Shown: one piece after another, positions 1-12,849 of the stretch
How positions within the stretch are numbered: position 1 is the first letter of the stretch
How the letters are laid out: each line of letters opens with the position of its first letter
DNA from: Octopus sinensis
Taxonomy: Eukaryota
Length of the DNA stretch: 64,000 bases
Direction: 5' to 3'
Assembly (NCBI RefSeq): GCF_006345805.1
Contig: NC_043011.1
Coordinates: 11,346,001 to 11,410,000, forward strand
The notes under the pieces: generated by a model
Seen by the model: the letters and a program-made list of their open reading frames with translations, nothing else
Database searches by the model: none
What the model was told of the DNA's origin: nothing
Translations under genes and position numbers: made by a program

Positions 1-114
1 ACGACTTGACAAACACACAGACAGACACACATCTTGCGTTTTATACATATAGATAGATATGTGTGTGTAAATATATACATATCTGTCTATCTATCCATCT
101 ATACACACACACAC

Positions 115-151
<37 letters not shown>

Positions 152-199
152 CAATCAGGAAATAATCTAGTAGCTCTGCGCCGGCAAGACTTGAAAAAT

Positions 200-1630
200 A
201 CGGAAAAAAGTGAAAGGAGTACAGTGAACTTGTCGTGAGGAGTGCAATATCCAACGTTTCGGATTCAATCTTTCGTCATGGGGCAGAAAAAAAGAGAAGA
301 AAATGAGAAAAATGTCAGAGTTTACATCTTCTTAGCTTGAAAAACTAGCTGCAACTGATAATGGACGGAGAATAACACGGGTTGCTAACGTGAAATAGAA
401 GTTATAGGGGAGGGCGTTCAGAAAGGAGAAAGAAAAGGGTAATGGATAGAGTAGAGGTAAGTAAATACAGGAATGTTGCAGAGAAAGGGTGGAAGGAGGA
501 TTAAAAAGGGTAAAAAGAATTAAGAGAAGGTGAAAACGTGAAACGAAAAACGTTCGTTCATGTCTGTTGGGGACATAGTGCCAAGATCAAATATGGGACG
601 TTGCTCCTTTCGTTTCCTTGAGAAAGAGGAACCGTGGTACAAGGCCATGCCAGACACTGATGAATCTGCAGTAGAATGATTCACAGTGTTCAAGTGGGAG
701 GCAACAAGTTGGCCCGACATACGTATCATTATGCTTCTGATATGTTCACGAAAGGGATACCCAAGGCGTTGCCCTGTTTCTCCAATGTAAAGAGCACCGC
801 AGAGTTTGCATATGATGCAATATATGAGATTCACCGAAGTGCAACAGAAGTTGTGTGTTATGTGATATTGCTTCTTGGGCCCCGTGATGGTGGTAATATT
901 GTTGATGTAGGGACATGTGTTACATCGTCGGCGAGAACATTTAAAGGTTCCTGGTTGTACTGGGCTGGGAGTTGTGAAGCTTCTAACAGAGAGATTTCTA
1001 AGACTCCTACCTTTTTTAAAAGACAAGAGAGGTGGTGTAGAAAAGATAGGGGCGGTTGTTGAAGAATGCAAAAGCTGTGGGTGAGTTTGTGCTTTAGAGG
1101 GAGGATGGACGAGTGGTAGGTGAGAGAGAATGGAATACGGTCGGTGGAAGTGCGTGGAGATGGTAGTAGAGCTGCGGTGCGGTTGATGGCTCGGGCTCGG
1201 TGGAGTGCTGGGTTGACAACCGATGGAGGATACCCTAGATTTAGAAAAAAAGCTGTCGCAATGGGATTCGAAATCCGAATCGATGCTGCAAAGTCATCGA
1301 AGGCGAAGAAATTGAGAGAAAGGTATAGCAATTTCAATTTGTTTGTCGGTAGGAGTGGAAGTCAGTAGGTTTATATTAGACAGAGGTGGGGAGGTGGGCA
1401 TTGTATATTTTGACGGATATGTCCAGAAAGCAAACAGAAGTTTCAGATATGGTGTGGGGGAATTCCAAAGCTGGGTGATAGGCGTTGAAAGAAATAAAAT
1501 CGTTGAGTTGTGGCTCGAATGCAGTCGTCAGTGTAACGACCATAAATCTCTGGGATCAAAGATTTGCTCCTCTACATAATTTACAAAGAGGTTGGCATAA
1601 TTGGGGCCCATTCTGGGGACAAGTACTCTC
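200..1630 (-). mobile_element. Penelope-like retroelement fragment (RT C-terminus + GIY-YIG endonuclease + 3' region), frameshifted
   Basis: ORF 520-1071 has the GIY-YIG motif NLIYCIICKLCGALYIGETGQRLGYPFREH. ORF 858-1337 has the PLE thumb region FLNLGYPPSVV...RIPFSLTYH. ORF 1528-1749 ends in the RT motif MGPNYANLFV. Confidence 0.85.
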
Positions 1631-1687
1631 TGTATAGAATACACTTCGTAGTGCTCAAGAGATTTGAACTTGAGCAGATACAAGAGT

Positions 1688-3013
1688 AAATGTAGGGACA
1701 AATGTAAGGCAAGTCGATATACAGAAAATATTAAATACATTTGATGCAAAAATGTACTTATGTATACATATAAATTTTTTTTAAAAGTCCGACTTACATT
1801 GAATGGAAATGATATCTGGAACTAATGGGGTTGAGTGGGAGTTTTACGAATCCAACAGCTGTTTCTGGGGGCTTTGTGGTTCAAAACAATGCTTGTAGCT
1901 TGATTTCATGGTGAGATACCACCAGCGTCCGTGTTCAGGAAGAATTTTACATTTGAGGTGTTGACAGAATGGAGATTAAAGATGGAATGTAGAACTAAGT
2001 GTATAAGAAAAAGGAGTTGTGGTGTTTAAATAGAGAGTAGTGGAAGGAGAAAATAGTTATGCGCCCTTGGAGGTTCCTGTTTATTCAAAAATGTAATATA
2101 CAAGTGCCATGTTATGACACCATGCTCCCACCAAGCAAAGATTTCAAGCGCAGCTACCATGCAAACATGAACTCTTTCACCAATCCAAATAGTAAATTGT
2201 CAACCTCTTTAGAAACTTCAAATCCCAAAATATTCCATACACCCTATCCTGGTCCACAGTAGGCGAAGCTCCCCCACACAATGCAAAAATTGGCAAGTGT
2301 AAGTTACGTCTAAAAGAATTATTAACTATTTTAGCTTTCATAACTCTCATTACTTCAGAGAATCGTAACCTCACCACCACGCTCAGTCTCAAAAAGTATT
2401 TAACAATACCCCCACACCTTTGAAAACTACCCTACTCACATCCCTCTATTCAATTCCATATTCCTCTATTGACCATAACACCCCACTACACCCCATCCAA
2501 TAGCAGCCATCACTGTTTCTCTATCTCAGCCTTCAAACAAACTAACACAAAGGTCCTCTTTCACATACGACCTAAGCTACCCTTCTCCCTTCTTCCACCT
2601 CTACTCCTATCACTAGCCTCATTATTAAGCTTAACCCCCAAAACTATGTCCTCCTTCCACTACTCTCTATTTAAACACCGCAACTCCTTTTTCTAATACA
2701 CTTAGTTCTACATTCCATCTTTAATCTCCATTCTGCCAACACCTCAAATGTAAACTTCTTCCTGATCACGGACGCTGGTGGTATCTCATCATGAAATCAA
2801 GTTACAAGCATTGTTTTGAACCACAAAGCCCCCAGAAACAGCTGTTGGATTCGTAAAATTCCTACACAACCTCCTTAATTCCTGATATCATTTCCATTCT
2901 GTGTAAGTTGGATTTAATAAAAAAAAATTATGTATACGTAAGTATATTTTTTGTATTAAATGTATTTAATATTTTCTGTATATCGACTTACCTTATATTT
3001 GTCCCTACATTTA
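1688..3013 (+). mobile_element. Penelope-like 3' end with an inverted copy of its terminal repeat
   Basis: About 2100-2340 translates across frameshifts to a GIY-YIG C-terminus (FKRSYHANMNSF...WSTVGEAPPHNAKIGKCKLRLKELLTI). About 1688-2050 is the diverged reverse complement of about 2647-3013. Confidence 0.65.
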
Positions 3014-3029
3014 GTCACAAACAAACCAA

Positions 3030-3041
3030 CAAAAACAGACA

Positions 3042-3080
<39 letters not shown>

Positions 3081-3427
3081 CACACACACACACACACACA
3101 CACGCATACACACATTTATATATATCCCTGTATATATATGTGTGTATGTATATATATGCATAGTCTGACCACCTCTTGTATTTACACCTTAGATCCATCA
3201 TGGCATTTGATGTGGCTTTTTAAACCACGCAATGTATTGAAAAGACACCCACATAGATTGCCTATCTGATTTGGACCACCAAGAGCTGCAGTTAAGTTCT
3301 GATCATTGTGGATCTTAAAATGTCTTTTGGGGGCTCCGTTAAATTTTCAGACCTTATGACATACACAGCATTGAAAGATGTGCACAGATATATAGGCATG
3401 AAAAACGTACCTCCACCAACTACTCTG

Positions 3428-3462
<35 letters not shown>

Positions 3463-3590
3463 CTATATGTATGCATGCATGTATGTATGTATGTATGTAT
3501 GCATGTATGTATGTATGTATGTATGTATGTATGTATGTATGTATGTATATATATATATATTATATATATATATATATAATTAATTAATTA
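3030..3590. repeat. (CA)n, (TA)n and (TATG)n microsatellite cluster
   Basis: Directly visible simple repeats. Confidence 0.9.
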
Positions 3591-4053
3591 AAAAATCTTA
3601 GGGTAGCAAAAATATTTATAGAAAAAATTCTTTGCTACCAGTGGTCTAGCAAGAAGGTAAAATTTAGTAAATAGACTATACATTATTCATAGAAAAATAC
3701 AGTGTACATTCAAACACATAAGAGATAAACCAATAATAGGATATCTGACTTACTAGAAAGAGCAGTTAAAACTCCAAGCCACTAATAGTTGCAATTCTGA
3801 AAGGGAATGAAAAATAATGTAAATGTTTTTATTTTTCATTCCCTTTCAGAATTGCAACTATTAGTGGCTTGGAGTTTTAACTGCTCTTTCTAGAGTCAGA
3901 TATCCTATTATTGGTTTATCTCTTATGTGTTTGAATGTACACTGTATTTTTCTATGAATAATGTATAGTCTATTTACTAAATTTTTCCTTCTCGCTAGAC
4001 CACTGGTAGCAAAGAATTTTTTCTATAAATATTTTTGCTACCCTAAGATTTTT
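3591..4053. repeat. Near-perfect palindrome / foldback element between (TA)n tracts
   Basis: 3591-3817 is the reverse complement of 3829-4053 with few mismatches and a loop of about 11 nt. Confidence 0.9.
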
Positions 4054-4056
4054 GTA

Positions 4057-4088
<32 letters not shown>

Positions 4089-4123
4089 CCCACTGTATGT
4101 ATGCGTGGTGTGTATGTATATAT

Positions 4124-4169
<46 letters not shown>

Positions 4170-4204
4170 TATATATATATATATATATATATAGTGAAAA
4201 TTTA

Positions 4205-5105
4205 CAAAAAAAAAGACGAAGACGGGTGTGTAGACAACAAACAAATGTATTAGTTTAACGCTCGGGAAGTAAGAAATTTTTTTAACGTTTCGAGACTACG
4301 ATCTTCGACAGAAAGGAACACAGAAATAAACAGGGAGAGAAAATAAAGAAGGTTTAGTGGCTAGCGATCTATCATGGCAAATGTCGGACAGAGAGGTCAC
4401 ATTGGAGAGCTAGGAAGAAGGGGAGATAATAAAGTAGAGGTGATCCTAAAATGAAGGTGCGCGCGCGTGTGTATGTGCGTGCGGATGGGGGCTGATGACC
4501 TTGACGTGTGCGTGTGTGTGCTTGGAAGTGGTCAGTGCTAGTGTGTGCACTGGTGTGGGTGCTGGGAAGTAGTTAGTGCTAGTGTGTGCGGGGTGTGTGA
4601 TGTGGTGTGGAGTGGTATGGTGGTGTGTGGTATGGCAAGATGTTGTGTGGTGGTGTATGGTGTAGTGGTGTGTGGGGTGGGTGGGTTTAAGCGAGAGTGG
4701 AGTAAGCAAGGGTGGGGGTGGGTTGGGTGAAGGGGGTAGGGATGGGGTATGTGGGAGTGGGGTGTAAGGGATGATGTGGTGGTGGGATGGGATGTATAGA
4801 GATGGTGGGGTTGGAATGTGTAGGGTGGGGTAACGAGGGAGTGGGTGACGATAAAGGGAGAGGGTGGAAGGGAGAAGATGGGTAGGAGTGAAGAGAGGAA
4901 GTAGGTGTCAGAGCAAGAGAAGAGAGGTGGGTGGGAGGAAGTGGGTGTGAGAGGAAGAGAAGGGAGAAGGAGGAAGGTTAGATGAAGAGGGGAGGATAGT
5001 TGAGCTCATATGGTGCAAAGGAGCGAAGAGAGAAGATTAATCTCTGTTCACGGCGAAGACGGGTATCCGGATGGCCTCTGTGCAAGGACAATCTGAACAC
5101 AAACA
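4205..5105 (-). mobile_element. Penelope-like 3' end (endonuclease C-terminus, low-complexity 3' UTR, terminal repeat)
   Basis: Minus-strand translation of about 4978-5105 gives LSLHRGHPDTRLRREQRLIFSLRSFAPYELNYPPLFI*, typical of a PLE GIY-YIG C-terminus. 4205-4350 is homologous, inverted, to 24075-24465. Confidence 0.7.
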
Positions 5106-5409
5106 AGCTTTAATTTTGCCAGGGTACAAATGTTTCTATATCGTACAGCAATATTAGGTTGCAATTTTTATATTCATATAACATTATTTGAGATTACTTT
5201 CAATAATTATGTATTTGGGAGCTGGCATTTTGTACGTGATGACAACATAAGGACGACAAAACATTCAAAGACAGAAGATTTAATATGTTTTGAAGAATAG
5301 TCATGTGAAATTTTGGAACAGGCATATAATACGAAAAAAATAGCGATAAAACAAACAAAAGAAACTGAACGTTTACGAGAAAACAAACAATAGTTCAGTT
5401 CATGTAAAC

Positions 5410-7324
5410 CAGTGACTTTCAACATGGGAAATACACCCACCGGTGGTGCCTGAGAAAATTGTGGTGGGGTACGGGATCAAACTCTTTTTAATTTGTTTTC
5501 TTTTTAGTGGGATATGGAATTGTGAAAATCTTTTTTTCACAGCAAACAGACCTATGCTCAGCCTAACCAAACCTATCCCTCGAGCCAAGCATATTGTGTG
5601 AAGACTGTTCGTTACAGTATAGCACTATTCTAATGCCCTAGTGTGGATATATCTTTAAGGAAAGTATATAATTATTAAAAGTCGATAAATTATTAATCTT
5701 TTTATGTATCTTATACAAATGGCACGGCGATTTGCTGTAAAATAATTGGGTGCTACTTTGGCGTGCGATTTACAACTCCAAGGGCAATCACTTTAGGTTA
5801 GTTTTTAGTTTCTTTACGTTGCAAAACTTGCGACTGTCAAACTTGTGTGATCTAATAGCTTATTTTAATTATTACGTTATTTATTCGTGGTTTCTTCTTA
5901 TTATTTACAAAGACATAAATGATACATGGTTTTATTATTATTATTGAAATTGTAAGAATTTTGAAAAAATCCATTGAAAGTACCAACTAGAGATTTCATT
6001 ACCTTCGGTCAGCGGATCCGTTTCAAGAAGAAACTTCCTGTGAGAGATGAAAAGTGGAACGGCTATTGGGAGGTGACTGCAGATTTACCTGGGTGCGAAG
6101 GACTCTTTCCCATTCCAGTTACGAAAAAAACCGACATTTTGATGAGGTGTGAAGGGAAGAAAATTGTAAATCTAGTCGAGTTAACGGTTCCTCATGAAGA
6201 TAACATGGACGCCGCTCGGGCTCGAAAGACTGACCGTTATGTAAACCTCCTCGAGGAATGTGAAAACACAGGCTGGAAAGCGGGGAATTTTCCAATCGAA
6301 GTCAGATGTAGAGGGTTTGTTGGACACAGTGTGAGACGACTTTTGTTATCGTTAGGCTTAACTCACTATGACCGATATCCAAACTACAGTGGAGAAGGCT
6401 AGCCACTGGACTTGGTTAAAAAGAGACGATGAGCGATGGCTAGAGTAATATTGAGCTATATTTAATAACCAGTTGACCTAGCAAGCGGGGCCTCATATCA
6501 GTAATGGTGCGCATAGATGCAGTCGAGAGGTAGGCCCCGAAACGGCGCGCATTCTCTCCTGATGACCTGGCTTCCGGTATGCGGAGTTCACGACTGGTAG
6601 CCCTTGCATGTGCAAGTTGTTTGCAAGACATGCTAAGTATGCACAAAAGAATTTATTGTAAAAAATCTTTAGCCAACATCTTAAGGGTTTTCAGAAATTG
6701 AAAAGTAACTAAAAAGTAACCTAAAGTAATCGCCCTTTAAGTTGTAGATCACACGCCAAAGTAGCACCAAAAATTGTCTAGGGTTGTACAAAGTTTATCC
6801 TAAGTTCATCATGACTTTTTATGCTGAAAGGATAAAACATCTAGAGATAACTAACTCACTGTTTCAAGTATGAGAAACATAAAAAAATGCTTTGTTCCGT
6901 TTTTTTTTTTCAAAAAAGAAATTTCAAACTTACATTTTCTATAATAAAAAATATCTTTTCATGCTTCAATTAGGCAAACACATTTGACCTTCGTTTTGTT
7001 TTAGTCATGGTAGCGTCTATTTAGCATTGATAAGTTTTAATATGAGGGATACTTTTCATTAAAGGTCTAAACAGATATAAAATTTCCTGAAAAAAGTAAG
7101 TTTATTAAGTATAGTTTGATCTTGAAATGAACTTAAATTTAGTAGAATTTGAATTTTCCTTAAGAAACCTGACCACAGAGTGGCCATAACCGTAGACCTG
7201 CTTCCTATTTAATGATTGTGATAAAATATTAAAAATAAAGCTTTTTTCTAATCACCAGTAGCGCATACATTTTTCTGGAAAGTTTTAGTGGGGCCTGGGA
7301 GTGGAAATAGGTTGGGAAACACTG
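5410..7324. mobile_element. Non-autonomous hAT (Charlie-like) DNA transposon
   Basis: The left end is CAGTGACTTTCAAC and the right end is GGTTGGGAAACACTG. The 8-bp flanks ATGTAAAC / ATTTAAAC match at 7 of 8 positions (putative TSD). Confidence 0.6.
5960..6450 (+). mobile_element. HERO-like non-LTR retrotransposon 3' fragment (restriction-like endonuclease), nested in the hAT element
   Basis: ORF 5974-6402 contains KTDILM...LVELTVPHEDNMDAARARKTDRY...PIEVRCRGFVG. It continues in another frame as VEKASHWTWLKR, the typical HERO C-terminus. Confidence 0.8.
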
Positions 7325-7559
7325 ATTTAAACAATACATATTTCGTAACGAGAACGTAATTACAAAACAAACAAACAAACGGGAAGGCAGACTACAGAAC
7401 AGTTTGGCTTGTTACTATGGACCCAGCCACCAATGTATCTGTGGCTTTCAATTGGCTAAATTTGCAAACTTTAGAAGCTATAAACTTTTTTTTATTAATT
7501 TATGGCAAAAATGAATTTCATTTCAATAAAACTACATCAATACCCTAAATTTGAAATCA

Positions 7560-10500
7560 ATTGGAACAAAATTGAAGGAATTGAAAAGTGAAAGCCAAAC
7601 AGAAAAAGATACCAGGAGTTTTCTACCAAGACTACTGTCAACAGTTAGTATCAAAACAAGCATTTCAATACATAGCCGACGAGCTAGCAGCAATGTGTAA
7701 AGTGTAACTCTAAACCCTCCAGCGGAAAACACTTAGAGATGCATTGGAACAACATCGCGGAAAACCGATGCTCAAATGTAAAAGTGTCTTTGGGGGAGTT
7801 TGGAAACAAGGCTTATATCACCAGAGAGAAAACAAATAATACACGGTTTAAGTGATATTCGGGACAGAAAATGAGGTAAAATTTCACTGAGGAATAAAGA
7901 ACTCTACCCAGTCCCCAGTGCCTAGCAAAAGTAAGAGTGATAAACATGTCACCAGAACTATCACCTATATAGTGACAGCCGTCTTGGTTGGTGTTGAGGA
8001 GGATGAAACCATTCGAGATAAAGAAAATACTGAAACAGTGAGGGTGTGGTATGGAACTGACTATACTAGCCAGAAGACATAGCTGACCTGATCAACCTCC
8101 CGGATGGTCTCCATCTATTCGCGATAATGGAGGGAGAAAACCAAAATGCTACATATGTGGATCTGTGACACTATTTACGAAAGAAGCAAGCCGCCCACTT
8201 TTACCAATGCTACAAGTACAGTGGTCACAACCTCACCAATGGGCAAACACACCAGCAGCAACAGTCCCAGAGACAGTAACAGCACCAGCAGAGGCTCCAA
8301 ACGCATGAGCCATAGAAAAACGACATCAGTAGCAACTCGAAAATACCCAATTCTTACAAAAATCACAACACTAACAATATGAAAGCCACGGAACATTCTC
8401 CTCCCCACTTCAGCTCACTCTGATATGTCATACGAAGAAAAAAATAAAACAAAACCATCCTCGTAAGAAGAGAAAAACAAGATGTAAACTCATAAATACA
8501 TAAAGCTGGCAGGAGAAAATTAAAAGCAGCAGCCCTGTAGGAATAGCAACATCAACTCCACAACGACAATCACCACCGTCACGAGATACACAACAATCAC
8601 CACAAACATCATCATCACCATAAACACCAACAAATACCATCATAAACGCAACTAAATTCACATTCACCAACAGCAAACTGAAGAAACGAAAAAATTTCAA
8701 CTACATGGCCATAAGCACACGATAAAGAATTAATTGAATATACCTATCAACAGACAAACATTAAGCTCAATGATTTTATAACACCACCACATGACTGGTT
8801 CTTAGAACTGACCAACAAGCATACTACAAACTGAAAACAAAATATCCCGACGGGATAGAAAATATCCGTGGATATACAAAAGAATATATTAAGAACTCCT
8901 TGTGAAAATATCCACAACTAACCGGAAGGGAAAAACAATGGTCCTTCCACAAGAATAAGGTAAGAGGTTCCTTCTTATTGAGCATAATCTTCCTCAAAAT
9001 AGGCTGCGTGAATGCACGTAAACTGGAGTCGTCTTGGAAACAGGGGCACTTTCTCAACGACTTCCAAACACTTGCTGTTGATGTGATGACCATCAGCGAG
9101 ATCAGAGTTTCAGGGATACGAGCCTTCACATTCACTTTTGGCGGCTACGAGGTACATGCATCTCTATACCTGATGGAATGGGGGTGCGGAGTCGCTGTGC
9201 TGTTTTGAAAAGGGTTGGATCTTGTGATACAAACCATCTTCCGGGACCTAGAAGGTAAGTCGGTGATATTTGACCAGTAGCAAAGGCCATTCCTTCAAAC
9301 AAACAAGTACATCGCGCTGCCCCGGCAGGAGGCGCGGTCGGCCGGACTTCTTCGGGCGTCTTGAGGCCTTCCTAGAAACGTGTCGCTCTTTAGTGCATAT
9401 GGGTAATCGGAACAGTATCTTGGATGCATGTAAGGGACTGTGCAGGCCTAGCTAACAAAAGAGGAGGTGCAAAAGTCTTACATACCTACTCAGACGTTTC
9501 CAACAATCTGTCACGTACCATTTGGATTTCCAGAATGCAGCAGTATGAACGTGAACAAAACGAATCGGATCGTTCAGATCGTTTCTAGATGGAGTATTCT
9601 GTAGACTTGCAGATAGGATAGCATAGGTTGACCACAATTCAAAATTGTCGGTTACCCAAATCACAAATCTGTGATCTATACGGTCGACCTAGATAGATTT
9701 TGTAGTCAGGATCCCGGTTACTGGGAGCTGAATGAGTTGCTTTCGCACACCAAGCTCACGGAGGCCGGATAAGCGAATTAATTAATCGAGCTATGACGGG
9801 AGCAATCGTTTAACAACAAATGGAGGTACGCTTTAAAAAATGAGCGATTAAAATAGAATCGATAAGGTTTAGTATAGAAACAGCGATAGAAAAATAGATT
9901 AGAAGAAGCTCTAGTTAGAAACGTCCCATTATCATCACTTGTAGGGGAATGTAACAGTATTTTAGACGCACGGAGAGAATGTGGGGCTAGAGCAAAGAAG
10001 GAGTACTAAAACCTCGTAAACCTGCTTAGATGTTTCAATTATCTGTCAGGTACTGACTCGATTTCTCTGATGTGCCACTGTGGATATAAAACAATTGCAA
10101 TAGATCATCTAGATCGTTACTAGATGGGGTATTTGACAGGTAAGCCGATGGGGATAATGTGAACATCAACTACACAGACCACAAATTTGCGATTTATTCG
10201 ATCGATTTTGATAGGACCTCTAGACAAGGACCAGGTTGCTGGAAATTTAACGTGTCCTTACTGGTGCGCAAAGGCAACAAGGACCAGATTAATAAATTAG
10301 TTAAATAGCATTTGACGGGAGAAATCGTCCACAAACAGTGGTGGGACACCCTTAAATGAGCGATCAGATCTGACTCAGTAGCGTTTAACAAAGAGCTAGC
10401 GATAGGAAGAAAAAAAGTTGGAGTTAGCAGTCTAGAAGGGATAATTATTAAAGGAATCGCGACCGCCATGGTAGCGGTGAGAATGGCTCTTGGCCATTTC

Positions 10501-11900
10501 CTCAGAGTGAAATGCGAAGGTTACGTTGCCAGGGCTAAGAACCGTGTAACGAAACACGAAGTAATAGAAGCTATTCAATGGGCTCGAGTGCGGAGGCGCG
10601 ACGTGGCAACAAAACCACAATTAGGTCATGGCAGGCGCGTGCAACACGGTTCCGGATAAGTGGGTGCGGCTTTCGACGACACATCGCTCGTCTTTTCAGG
10701 CGAACAATAGGTTGAAGATGGTAGTGGATTTATTTCGAATCTCGGTGGCTTGTCGCCACTCTGGTCAGAGGTTACGAAATGCTCTGGAAAGCAGCTGAAA
10801 TACTGGAGGCCAGGAGCAGTTGCACAAGACTGGTTTGGTTGGCCTGCACTTCGATTTTTTCGAATCTGTGTCAAATTTGTTTGGCAATGATTTGGGAGAT
10901 GTCTATTGCGATCAGCAGAGAACTAAAGAATTTCTAGCGCTGTGAGCAGGAGAGTGGTAACACTGCTGAGAAAGGACACAGTAAAGACAATTTTCAGTCC
11001 ACAACTCTGCAAATATTTTAGCCAAGATGTTAGCGAAAATATCGGTGCTTGTCGTCGGTGTTCAGGTCGAGGAAGCGCAATCTTGAACAGGTTCATCCAG
11101 CGAAGTGGAGGCGTTCGGCATTATTCCGGAGGAATGCTAGCAGAATCGTTAGCACGCCGGGCAAAACGCTTAGCGTCTGCCGCAATGTTCTGAGTTCAGA
11201 TTACGCCGAGGTCGACTTTACCTTTCATCCTTTCGGGGTCGATAAATTAAGTACCAGTGAAATACCGGGGTTGAGGAAATGGACTATCCCCCTCCCCCAA
11301 ATTTCAGGCTTTTTTCCTATAGTAGAAAAGATTATTTCAGAGGAATACGAGATGGTATTAATAAACTAAGATTAACCTGGACAAATCCGTGAGCTTGCAG
11401 ATCGGTACCTGGAGAGGCAGTTCCATGCCATGGGATGGTGTCGTGGAACCGATTAAACTGTTCGGTGTCTGGTTCGGTTCTGGAATAAGGTAACGAACAG
11501 AGTAGCCAGCTTTACCTAGAAATGGGCTTAAAGGAAGCTGTCCTCAAAAGTTCGGAGGTCGGGCAAAAGTAACGAATACCAACATCGACTCAGTTATGAT
11601 TTACCACCTGACCATTATGCGTTGCTCTAATTACAATCTGATCAAACTTGAGCATTTGGTATTCAATTTATTCTGAAAAGGACGAATTCTACTAGTTGTG
11701 TAGTCCATCTGCTGCCAGCACCATGGTGCGGTAGGCATTCTCTGCACCATTCGTGAGGTATTTCTTTGCAGCTTGTCTTCTTGACAGAGCTGCAGTCCAG
11801 CGTGAAGAAAAGGCTGAGACTAAGCGCTTATTACCTAGAATGTCCACTACCGATCGCTCAAAAGAATTAGTGAATGATCCACACCAGCAATCTGTAAAAT
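7560..11900 (+). mobile_element. Old, heavily degenerate L1/Tx1-clade LINE
   Basis: Remnants are collinear with the 57.5-63.4 kb element. They are the ORF1 knuckle GRKPKCYIC (~8140), the APE start LKIGCVNARKLESSWKQGHFLND (~8995), RMALGHFLRVKCEGYVARAK (~10480) and PIKLFGVWFG (~11450). Confidence 0.75.
11135..11305 (+). mobile_element. SINE family A copy
   Basis: Contains gcagaatcgttagcacgccgggc...gaggtcgactttacctttcatcctttcggggtcgataaattaagtaccag, a motif recurring more than 10 times in the window. Confidence 0.8.
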
Positions 11901-12159
11901 ATTAACGGCGGAGATAAATGAATTTATTGAGGAGTAGGTGAAAGTGAAAACGTTCTCAGTATAAGCCTGTAATAACTGGGAGGTGGGGGAGCAGTTTCTC
12001 TTGGTCTTAAGGGAGTTCTTAAATGGTGGATTTCTTCAATTGGCCCTTGAATCTTCCTCTATCAGAAGGATTGAGCAATGGTCATAATCATCATGAATAC
12101 TCATATGTCATGATTCTTTTTATCATTCCATTTATAAGTTTTCGTATCCGCCCCATTGT

Positions 12160-12194
<35 letters not shown>

Positions 12195-12681
12195 ACTGGC
12201 AGTGGATTGACAGAATTATTAGAGCGTCGGGCTGAAATACTTTACGATATTTCTATCGGCTCTCTTATATTCTGAGTTAACCACCGAGTAAAAGTTTACT
12301 TTTCGTGCCTCCGGGATTGATAAAATAAAGTAGCATTCAAGCACTGGCGTTTGGTGTGGTATCAACTAAAAGTCGCTGGCTTTGTGCCTAAATTAGAAAT
12401 AGGTTAAATAGACCTTCTATGATTTTTGCGACTGTAAATAAACGGCAAGAACCATAGAGATGAGGATATTTTACTTTCGATGTGTCAAAGTAATCCGGGA
12501 CTTGATGTACATCCCCCCCACAAAAAAAAATTCTTAGTTGGTTGCCCCTATTCTCTTTGGTAATCTTTTCTTGTTAATATTTTATTATCCTCTGACTTTG
12601 ATTTCACCTGTTTACTCGATGTAAATGTTCATTGTTTTGTTTCTCGTCCTTGTACTAGTCCTTCTGATCAATGAAATAATT

Positions 12682-12689
<8 letters not shown>

Positions 12690-12714
<25 letters not shown>

Positions 12715-12845
12715 GTTTAGCATCCGCTTTCCATGCTAGCATGGGTTGGACGGTTCAACTGAGGTCTGGGAAGCCAGAAGGCTGCAGCAGGCTCCAGTCT
12801 GATCTGGCAATGTTTCTACGGCTGGATGCCCTTCCTAACGCCATT
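12690..12845 (-). mobile_element. Short retroposon 3' fragment with (ATG)n tail
   Basis: A (CAT)n tract is followed by cgtttagcatccgctttccatgctagcatgggttggacg...ggctggatgcccttcctaacgcca. Recognised as an interspersed retroposon end by pattern only. Confidence 0.5.
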
Positions 12846-12849
12846 GTCG

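Noticed and set aside
1845-1885. Peptide PQSPQKQLL resembling an aspartyl-tRNA synthetase motif
   Set aside because: It is a short match inside a repeated Penelope terminal region, flanked by stops, and is most likely chance.
2908-4244. Several short ORFs rich in IY/HT/VC dipeptides (also near 22.0-22.7 kb, 28.6-29.0 kb, 55.9 kb and 57.2 kb)
   Set aside because: They are translations of microsatellites.
6480-6580. GAAAC and CTGATGA motifs in the HERO 3' UTR suggesting a hammerhead
   Set aside because: I could not build a consistent stem II adjacent to CTGATGA, and the topology does not close.
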